NCBI GenBank assembly: GCA_964625535.1 | Contig: CAZVEX010000001.1 | Coordinates: 295-64,294, forward strand | Reading direction: 5' to 3' | DNA length: 64,000 nt | Source of the DNA: an uncultured Gammaproteobacteria bacterium | Lineage (GTDB): Bacteria; Patescibacteriota; Microgenomatia; Daviesbacterales; UBA10151 | In this document: positions 1 to 6,649 of the stretch, one piece after another | Numbering within the stretch: the first letter of the stretch is position 1 | Layout: every line of letters begins with the position of its first letter | The notes under the pieces: generated by a model | The model's input: the letters and a program-made list of their open reading frames with translations, nothing else | What the model was told of the DNA's origin: nothing | Database searches by the model: none | Program-made: the position numbers and the translations under genes

Positions 1-2
1 AG

Positions 3-1238
3 CTTCAATTTCAAGAAGGCTTTTATCCTAGAGGAGTCACCAAAGAACAACTTGAAAAAGCTGCTCAAAATAATCCCGAAATACTTTCACCTTTTGCAAA
101 CGTGGAACAAAGAGATGGCAAACTGGAGGCTGTACCTTACCATGTTCGCTTCGCTAAATATCTTAAACCGATCGCTAAAAAAATAGAAAAAGCATCAGGT
201 ATTTGTACAAATAAATCGTTCAAGGCTTACTTAAAGACGCGGGCGAAGTCTTTAATTACCGGTAATTACGAAGAAGCGTACAAGTTATGGTTGCAGGTTA
301 AAAATTCTAAGATAGATTTTACTATTGTTCCTCATGAACAGCACCTAGATAAATTGTTCTTTATCAAGAGAGTATTTCAAGCACATATTGGTATAGTAAA
401 TAAAACTGAGACTAAATTAGCTGAGCAATATAAGGAGACCTTGTATTCTTCTGCAAAAATGAGCTTTTCCAAGTATCATTCAACAGATATCGCCAAGAAA
501 GGAGTGAGAGTACAAGTTCAAGATATCCCAATTATATCGGGTTTTCCGGCAGCCATGCTTTATTCTGGACAGCACTTCCCCTATGATTTAGATAAAGCCC
601 TAAAATACGGATCTAAAACTATAATTTATAATTCCCAACTGGCACTAAAATTTGAGAAATTGTACTATCCTATTTTTAAGACTATTTTTGAGAAAAGATT
701 TGCTTCTAAATACTCCAAGCAGTTATTGCTAGAGGCATCCGGTTTGTGTATTTTACTTTATGAGTTAGGAAAGCAATTACATAAGTTTGCAGGTGCTAGG
801 GACAGATTGCAAGAATTTTATTCTCCAATAGACATAGCCAATGGATTTGTTTCAGGAATAGAACATAGTAAACACCTGGTTGTTAAGGGAATGCTTTCTC
901 AAGAACAACTTGAGGCTATTATGATTACCCATGTACTTTGTATGTTAGCCGACTGGCTGGTTTTTAAATCAAATAAAGCCAGACAAAACCATATGACTGG
1001 TTATTCCATTTTACTTAATTCCTATTTATCTCATAGGGCATTAAGTGTAAACAGCGGAGTTTCTTGGCCTAATTTTTCAAGAATTTTCTTTGAGATTGAA
1101 ACTATGTCATATAAACTGGTCTATCTTTTGCAAAAAGGCTCATATCAAGAGGCCGAAGAGTTTATTAATAAAAATGTAAGTTTCAATAGTTTTGAAAGGT
1201 TGTCCAGGGGTTTAAGTAAAATCAATACTCAAATTTGA
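3..1238 (+). CDS. hypothetical protein, 5'-partial (frame open to window edge; first in-frame start is GTG at 102)
   Basis: Six-frame ORF 102..1238. The same frame has no stop between position 3 and 102, and there is no in-frame ATG until ~aa 120, so the gene probably starts upstream of the window. No recognisable family motif. Confidence 0.45.
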   Translation, partial: LQFQEGFYPRGVTKEQLEKAAQNNPEILSPFANVEQRDGKLEAVPYHVRFAKYLKPIAKKIEKASGICTNKSFKAYLKTRAKSLITGNYEEAYKLWLQVKNSKIDFTIVPHEQHLDKLFFIKRVFQAHIGIVNKTETKLAEQYKETLYSSAKMSFSKYHSTDIAKKGVRVQVQDIPIISGFPAAMLYSGQHFPYDLDKALKYGSKTIIYNSQLALKFEKLYYPIFKTIFEKRFASKYSKQLLLEASGLCILLYELGKQLHKFAGARDRLQEFYSPIDIANGFVSGIEHSKHLVVKGMLSQEQLEAIMITHVLCMLADWLVFKSNKARQNHMTGYSILLNSYLSHRALSVNSGVSWPNFSRIFFEIETMSYKLVYLLQKGSYQEAEEFINKNVSFNSFERLSRGLSKINTQI

Positions 1239-1259
1239 TATCTTTCTTTTGTTGTGTTG

Positions 1260-1278
1260 TTGTGATATAATATCACAA
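1260..1278 (+). promoter_or_regulatory. 19-bp perfect palindrome TTGTGATAT-A-ATATCACAA that embeds an extended -10 (TGaTATAAT at 1263-1271); putative promoter/operator of the hisG-like gene
   Basis: Read directly from the sequence. The reverse complement of 1270-1278 equals 1260-1268, and TATAAT lies at 1266-1271, preceded by TGa. It sits 63 nt upstream of the 1334 ATG. Confidence 0.5.
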
Positions 1279-1333
1279 ATTCTCCCTCATAAATAGTTGG
1301 GAGAAATAAGGAAGTGGCTAAATAGGAAAAAAT

Positions 1334-2101
1334 ATGTTAGAGCACGAACAAAAAATTTCATTGGCTATAGATGGTGGTCACAATATCCGTCCGGATATTG
1401 AGAGGTTCATGAGGCATGCCGGGTTTAGGTTTGAACTTAAGAGAAACGGCAACCTTCATGCCGAAGTGATAGATGACCTTCTTCTTGGGAGCATTACTCT
1501 TAATAGAGGCCCAGATATTCCTCTCCGGCTTCGTGAAGCAGTTAATGATCTTGCGGTACTGGGAAGAGATGTGGTGCGAGATGCACAACTAGGCGGTATA
1601 GAAATAGAAGAAATAGAGGCTTTGGGTATAAGCATTTGTCGGGTAGTCTTGGAGGTTCCACAGCAATCAGAATATAGTCATCCTGAGGATTTAAATGGAG
1701 CTAGAATAGCAACATCTCTTCCTAACATCACTACACAATTCTTTAAAGATCATAACACTGAGGTGAGAATTGTCCCATACAGCGGTAAGGAAGAAGGTGC
1801 CCCAGCAGCAGGCGCAGCTGATGCAGTAGTTGCAATTTACAACAGTGGAAGAGCGGCAACAGATAATACGTTAAGACCAATATCTACTATTGATGAAAGC
1901 ACTCTTCTTCAAAGTGAAGCAGTCTTAGCTTCTCATACTGACTTTATGAGGGAGCGAGGCAGTGATTTAATAGTTAGTCAGTTTATAGATAGATTTAGAC
2001 AGGCAGTCAGACAACCAAGAAGATCAGTCAATGGTCGAACGACTACTACTACGCCAGATTTCATAAAAGCTATGTTGGATCATGCTACACCGGCAGGCTA
2101 A
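1334..2101 (+). CDS. hisG: ATP phosphoribosyltransferase (HisG)-like protein; divergent, with an unusual C-terminal tail
   Basis: Alignable to E. coli HisG over most of its length. [28 protein letters not shown] matches [46 protein letters not shown] matches [40 protein letters not shown] matches [22 protein letters not shown]. The PRPP-loop residues differ (D-L-V-S-T-G becomes A-I-Y-N-S-G). It ends in a Thr-rich tail, [17 protein letters not shown]. Confidence 0.7.
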   Translation: [255 protein letters not shown]

Positions 2102-2118
2102 CTCTGATTTCTTCTTCA

Positions 2119-2148
2119 TTGTCAAAACTTGATCTTAAAGGTATACTT
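2119..2148 (+). promoter_or_regulatory. sigma70-like promoter for lysK: -35 TTGTCA (2119-2124), 18-bp spacer, -10 TATACT (2143-2148); the ATG lies 5 nt downstream, so the mRNA is leaderless or near-leaderless
   Basis: Hexamers read from the sequence. No Shine-Dalgarno sequence lies between the -10 and the ATG at 2154. Confidence 0.4.
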
Positions 2149-2153
2149 TACCC

Positions 2154-3719
2154 ATGTATTGGGCAGATAAGGTTGCAAAAGAAATTATAGATTCGGGAAA
2201 ATTTAAGCCATACTGGGTGGATGATATGTTTACCCCCTCGGGTTTTGCCCACATTGGTTCTTTGAGAGGGCCTTTAGTCCATGATCTTATTTATAAAGCC
2301 TTAATTCATGCAGGCGTTGATGCAAGATTTACCTATGTTTTTAATGATTTTGACCCTATTGACGGTTTACCTGAAGAGTTGGAAAAGGATTTTTCAAAAT
2401 ATCTTGGTTTTCCCCTAAGAACAGCTCCATCTCCAAAACCTGGTTTTGATAGTTTTGCTGCCTATTTTGAGAACGATTTCATGGATGTCTTAAAGAGCCT
2501 GGGATTGGAACCGGGATACTTATCTTCCTGGGATATGTATCATGAAGGTAAATTTGATGGGGTTATCAGGGAAGCTTTAGACAATGCAAATAAAATCCAA
2601 GATATATATCAAAAAGTAAGCGGTAGCAAGAAGAAAGAATTAGGATGGTTACCTTTGCAGGTAATTTGTGAAGATTGCGCTAAATTGGGTACTACCAGAG
2701 TGCATGATTGGGATGGTAAAACTGTTGCCTACACTTGTGAAGCTATTATGGTCAAATGGGCAAAGGGTTGTGGGTATGAGGGTAGAATTTCACCTTTTGG
2801 CGGTAATGGAAAGCTTCCATGGAAAGTTGATTGGCCCGCTCACTGGAAGGTCATTGGAGTAACTGTGGAAGGCGCAGGTAAGGATCATTCATCCGCAGGA
2901 GGGTCTAGGGATATAGCCAGGGAGTTTGTTAAAGAGGTTTTTCATATAGAAGAGCCTTATAATTTGCCTTATGAATTTTTCCTGATTGGGGGAAAGAAAA
3001 TGGCTTCATCTAAAGGATTGGGTTTGAAGGCAAAAGATGCAAAAAACTTATTTCCTTCGGAACTGGTGAGATTTCTATTTTCAAGAACCGATTACAGGCA
3101 ATCTGTGGAATTTGATCCTATGGAGACAATGGCAATACCGGATCTGTTTGATGAATATGATAGATGTTTTAAGGCTTTTATTAATGGATCTGATGAAAAT
3201 TTGGCAAGAGTATTTGAGATGAGTCAAATTGGGCAGTTACCAAAAAAAGAAAAAACTTATCTTGCAAGATTTAGGGATATAGTCAATTATGTCCAAATGG
3301 CAAATGTTGATATCTTGAAAAAATATGAAGAGATAAAAGGATCGGTTCTTTTGGAGATTGAAAAGAAGATTCTTGAGGAAAGAATTCAGTATGCAAAAGT
3401 TTGGATACAAAATTATGCCCCAGCAGAATTTAGATTACAAATGAGCGAAGAGTTATCGGAGAAGGTAAAGGAGTTAAGCGAGAAACAGAAAGAATTTTTG
3501 AAAAAAACTGTTGATTTAATCGAAAAAAATGATGACCCGGAAATCTTGCAATTGGCGCTTTATAATTTAACGAAAGAACTAGGAATTAATGCAAAAGAAG
3601 CTTTTTCGGCTATTTATATTACTTTAACCGGTAAAGAGTATGGTCCAAAAGCTGCTTGGTTTTTACTGCAGTATCCAAAGAAAAAAGTTATTGCAAGATT
3701 AAAAGAAGTTGCCTTATGA
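2154..3719 (+). CDS. lysK: lysine--tRNA ligase, class I (archaeal-type LysRS)
   Basis: N-terminus MYWADKVAKEII...TPSGFAHIGSLRG has the HIGH-type motif of class I LysRS. KMASSKG is the KMSKS motif. Overall length (~520 aa) and architecture fit class I LysRS. Confidence 0.9.
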   Translation: MYWADKVAKEIIDSGKFKPYWVDDMFTPSGFAHIGSLRGPLVHDLIYKALIHAGVDARFTYVFNDFDPIDGLPEELEKDFSKYLGFPLRTAPSPKPGFDSFAAYFENDFMDVLKSLGLEPGYLSSWDMYHEGKFDGVIREALDNANKIQDIYQKVSGSKKKELGWLPLQVICEDCAKLGTTRVHDWDGKTVAYTCEAIMVKWAKGCGYEGRISPFGGNGKLPWKVDWPAHWKVIGVTVEGAGKDHSSAGGSRDIAREFVKEVFHIEEPYNLPYEFFLIGGKKMASSKGLGLKAKDAKNLFPSELVRFLFSRTDYRQSVEFDPMETMAIPDLFDEYDRCFKAFINGSDENLARVFEMSQIGQLPKKEKTYLARFRDIVNYVQMANVDILKKYEEIKGSVLLEIEKKILEERIQYAKVWIQNYAPAEFRLQMSEELSEKVKELSEKQKEFLKKTVDLIEKNDDPEILQLALYNLTKELGINAKEAFSAIYITLTGKEYGPKAAWFLLQYPKKKVIARLKEVAL

Positions 3720-4306
3720 AGATTAATGATCTGAAAAAAATTTTAAAAGTATTTTTGACTTTGCAATGGGCTAAGGAGCTCCCCAGGCAGGGTTTTATTG
3801 CCATGGGGTTTAAGAGAAATGAGGCGGATTCGGTGGCAGCGCATTCTTTTTCCACTGCCTTGCTGGCCTATTTTTTTGCCAAGGAGCTCCAAAAAGAAGG
3901 ATTAAAAATAGATAGTGAAAAAGTTTTAAAAATGGGTTTGGTGCATGATATTGGAGAGACAATTGTGGGGGACGTGGGTACTTTTGTCAAAGGCATGGCA
4001 GGAGGGGTTTTTAAAAATATTGAGGAAGAAGGGGTAGCTGCTTTAGTTGGTGGTTTGGATTCCAAAACGGAGATTATAGAACTGGTTTCCGAATATAATG
4101 ATAGAAAAAGCTTAGAAGCAAGAGTAGTAAAAGCAGCTGATAATTTGGATGCACTGGCCCAAGCCAAGGGTGTACCCGGAGCTTTTGATGCGTTAAAATA
4201 TTTTAAGCAGGTGTATCATATTACTAAATTTCCCTGGCATAAAAAGGCGGTGGATCTGATCTTGTCAGGTGAGGTTGAACCGGCCAGGGAATGGCAGAAG
4301 AAATGA
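3716..4306 (+). CDS. HD-domain phosphohydrolase (YfbR-like 5'-deoxynucleotidase family)
   Basis: Start MKINDLKK overlaps the lysK stop (ATGA). Motifs AAHSFSTALLA and LVHDIGETIVGD are HD-domain metal ligands. The six-frame ORF 3656..4306 was trimmed to the overlapping ATG. Confidence 0.75.
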   Translation: MKINDLKKILKVFLTLQWAKELPRQGFIAMGFKRNEADSVAAHSFSTALLAYFFAKELQKEGLKIDSEKVLKMGLVHDIGETIVGDVGTFVKGMAGGVFKNIEEEGVAALVGGLDSKTEIIELVSEYNDRKSLEARVVKAADNLDALAQAKGVPGAFDALKYFKQVYHITKFPWHKKAVDLILSGEVEPAREWQKK

Positions 4307-4307
4307 T

Positions 4308-5540
4308 ATGTTAGACATTAATTTTATTCGTGAAAATTTAGATCGGGTTAAAAAATCTATTGAAGCAAGAAAAGCGGATGTGGATTTGGACCAGCTTTTA
4401 TCATTGGACGGCGAAAAAAGAAAATTAACTAAAGCAGTTGATGATTTGCGGGCCAAAAGAAATCAAGCAGCTAAAACTAGAGATAAGAATCAAGGAATAA
4501 AAATCAAGCAGGAATTGCAAGAAGTAGAGAAAAAATTAAAGCAGGTCGATGGGACTTGGCAAGAAATGATGCTACAAGTTCCCAACATCATAATGGATGA
4601 GGTGCCTGTAGGGAATGCTTCTCAAAATAAAGTTATCCGGAAGCAGAGCGAGCCCCCAAAATTTAGTTTTAAACCAAAAGATCACATTGAGCTGGGGAAG
4701 CTTTTGGATATTATTGATTTTGACAGGGGAGTAAAAGTGGCAGGGTTTCGGGGATATTTTCTAAAGCAGGCGGGGGCAAAGCTGCAATGGGCTATATTAA
4801 ATTTTGCTCTTGATCATATATCCCAAAAGGGATTTCAGGCAGTTGTACCTCCTGTTGTAAACAGGGGATTTGCTCTTTTGGGAGGGGGACAATTTCCCTG
4901 GGGTGAGGTAGATACTTACCGCTTAGGTGAGGATAAATATTTGGTTGGCACCTCGGAGATTCCTTTAATGGCTCTGCACGCCGGCGAAACTTTTGATATA
5001 AAAGATTTACCTAAAAAATATGTGGGTACATCTGCCTGTTTCAGAACCGAAATCGGTTCATATGGGAAAGATACCAGGGGACTGTATAGAGTACACGAAT
5101 TCTACAAAGTAGAACAGGTGGTTTTATGTGAGGCTGATGAGCAAGAGTCCTTAGGCTTTTTTGAAGAGTTGCAGGAAAATAGTGAGGAAATTTTGGACAT
5201 GTTAGGTCTCCCCTATCAAGTGGTTATAATGTCCTCTCAAGAAATGGGCAAAAAACAGGCACTGCAATATGACATAGAAACTTGGATGCCCTCCCGCGAG
5301 GGATATGGGGAAACCCATTCAAATTCCATTTGTCTGGATTTTCAAACTAGAAGATTAAAAATTCGCTACAAAGATAAAGATGGGCAAGTTAAATATTGTC
5401 ATGCTTTAAACAACACAGCCATTGCTTCGCCTCGCATTTTGATTCCCTTTTTGGAGAATTTCCAACAGGAAGATGGTGCGGTCAAAATTCCTGAAGTCTT
5501 ACAAAAATATACCGGATTTTCTGAAATTAAACCTAAATAA
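4308..5540 (+). CDS. serS: serine--tRNA ligase
   Basis: N-terminal coiled-coil arm MLDINFIRENLDRVKKSIEARK... is present. Class II motifs TSEIPLMALH and TSACFRTEIGSYGKDTRGLYRVHEF (motif 2) are present. Start is taken at MLDINF (4308), one nt after the HD-gene stop. Confidence 0.9.
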   Translation: MLDINFIRENLDRVKKSIEARKADVDLDQLLSLDGEKRKLTKAVDDLRAKRNQAAKTRDKNQGIKIKQELQEVEKKLKQVDGTWQEMMLQVPNIIMDEVPVGNASQNKVIRKQSEPPKFSFKPKDHIELGKLLDIIDFDRGVKVAGFRGYFLKQAGAKLQWAILNFALDHISQKGFQAVVPPVVNRGFALLGGGQFPWGEVDTYRLGEDKYLVGTSEIPLMALHAGETFDIKDLPKKYVGTSACFRTEIGSYGKDTRGLYRVHEFYKVEQVVLCEADEQESLGFFEELQENSEEILDMLGLPYQVVIMSSQEMGKKQALQYDIETWMPSREGYGETHSNSICLDFQTRRLKIRYKDKDGQVKYCHALNNTAIASPRILIPFLENFQQEDGAVKIPEVLQKYTGFSEIKPK

Positions 5541-5541
5541 A

Positions 5542-5811
5542 ATGGCTACAGTTCAAGATTTGGAACTAGAAATTAATAAAATTAAAGAAAGAAACAAACG
5601 TGTGGAAACAGAAAAATCCTGGGAAACAAGCCTGACCAGAAAGATTGTAATATCCGTTTTAACTTATTTAGTAATTTCCTTATTCTTTTTATTTGCCGGC
5701 ATCAACAAACCGTTTGTCAATTCCATAGTGCCGGCATTAGCGTTTATCTTATCAACACTATCAGTTCCCCTTGTTAAACATTGGTGGCTAAAGTATATAC
5801 ACAAAGGGTGA
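5542..5811 (+). CDS. small membrane protein (coiled-coil N-terminus plus 2 predicted TM helices)
   Basis: ATG lies 1 nt after the serS stop. Sequence MATVQDLELEINKIKERNKRVETEKSWE is followed by hydrophobic stretches ISVLTYLVISLFFLFAG and IVPALAFILSTLSVPLV. No homology recognised. Confidence 0.45.
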   Translation: MATVQDLELEINKIKERNKRVETEKSWETSLTRKIVISVLTYLVISLFFLFAGINKPFVNSIVPALAFILSTLSVPLVKHWWLKYIHKG

Positions 5812-5816
5812 GTTGA

Positions 5817-6584
5817 TTATCTCCCCTGCTGTTGTCTTTGGCGAAGCAAATCTGCGGCAGAAGTGGCGCTTTGCCCCGTACCTTCCAACCGCCCAAAGCT
5901 GGATGTTTCACTGGCCGGAGCCGGCGTGGCAGCGACTGGAGTGGGAAGTGGTGCAGGCGGTTTGACCTCTTGGGTGGCTTGAGTCGGAACTGCCGGGACG
6001 CTACCACCTTTTGGAGCCTGGCCTATCCCCAGGATAAAATAGGCAGAGACCCCCAATACTGCCAGCAACAGCCCCAGCCCTACCCCAATCAACCATTTTG
6101 GCACCCCCCTTTTTATATTGTCTGTAGGTTCGGCAGGTACTTCGGGCACAGCGGCCGGCGGTACGACCAGCGTTTCCACCTGGCCAGAGTTTGTTGGGAT
6201 TGGCTCTGCCTGGGAACTGTTGCCGACCAGGTGTGACAAATCGGTCGGGGGTGAGTCTGCGGAAGAAGTTTCAGCCAGTGCTTGAGGCGGCGTCCATGGG
6301 GGCGGGGTTGTAGGAGTACTGATTGGCGGAGGCTGAGGAGGCGCGCCCCAGGGATTATCTAGGGGATTTTCCAAAGGCGATGGGGTGGGGGGCGGTGGTG
6401 GTGGCGGGGGAGGAGCCGGTGGTGGTGGCGGGGGCATAAATGGTTCAGGGGCTGGCGGTGGGGGTTCTATAGGAAAGGTAGGGGACTGGGGGAACGGAGG
6501 GGGTGGCGGAGGAGGGGAAGAAGAAACCCCTCCTAATGGGGGATTGATATCAAATGGTGAACCGGGTTTGTTAGAGTTATCCAT
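5817..6584 (-). CDS. proline-rich membrane protein (Pro/Gly-rich N-terminal region, single TM helix, short C-terminal tail)
   Basis: 255-aa ORF with PPPPPPPFPQSPTFPIEPPPPAPEPFMPPPPPPAPPPPPPPPPTPSP..., then KWLIGVGLGLLLAVLGVSAYFILGI as a TM helix. It is strongly GC-rich relative to its flanks. It converges on the small membrane gene with a 5-nt gap, and there is a divergent promoter region shared with secA. Confidence 0.55.
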   Translation of the reverse strand: MDNSNKPGSPFDINPPLGGVSSSPPPPPPPFPQSPTFPIEPPPPAPEPFMPPPPPPAPPPPPPPPPTPSPLENPLDNPWGAPPQPPPISTPTTPPPWTPPQALAETSSADSPPTDLSHLVGNSSQAEPIPTNSGQVETLVVPPAAVPEVPAEPTDNIKRGVPKWLIGVGLGLLLAVLGVSAYFILGIGQAPKGGSVPAVPTQATQEVKPPAPLPTPVAATPAPASETSSFGRLEGTGQSATSAADLLRQRQQQGR

Positions 6585-6590
6585 TTAGGC
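6385..6590. repeat. GC-rich low-complexity (GGN/CCN)n tract inside the proline-rich CDS
   Basis: Runs such as ggtggtggtggcgggggaggagccggtggtggtggcgggggc are seen directly. They encode the poly-Pro on the minus strand and a spurious poly-Gly ORF on the plus strand. Confidence 0.7.
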
Positions 6591-6633
6591 AGTTTCTATT
6601 GTTAGTTTAGTAAATTAGTTAGTTAAATGTCAA

Positions 6634-6642
6634 TGGTATAAT
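6634..6642 (+). promoter_or_regulatory. extended -10 promoter TGgTATAAT for secA; the ATG lies exactly 7 nt downstream, giving leaderless geometry
   Basis: TGG at 6634-6636, TATAAT at 6637-6642, 7-nt spacer, secA ATG at 6650. There is no SD. Confidence 0.5.
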
Positions 6643-6649
6643 ATGCACT

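Noticed and set aside
1239-1333. 95-bp intergenic region checked for a tRNA or small RNA.
   Set aside because: There is no cloverleaf-compatible sequence such as a GTTCGA T-loop or a conserved acceptor pairing. The region is occupied by a promoter palindrome and a purine-rich RBS region.
6385-6588. Plus-strand ORF encoding a poly-Gly peptide (MGGGGGGGGGAGGGGGG...). There is also the plus-strand 5832..6236 ORF and the minus-strand 5774..6007 ORF.
   Set aside because: These are antisense or alternate-frame shadows of the proline-rich minus-strand CDS (CCN codons read as GGN). They show no independent start context.
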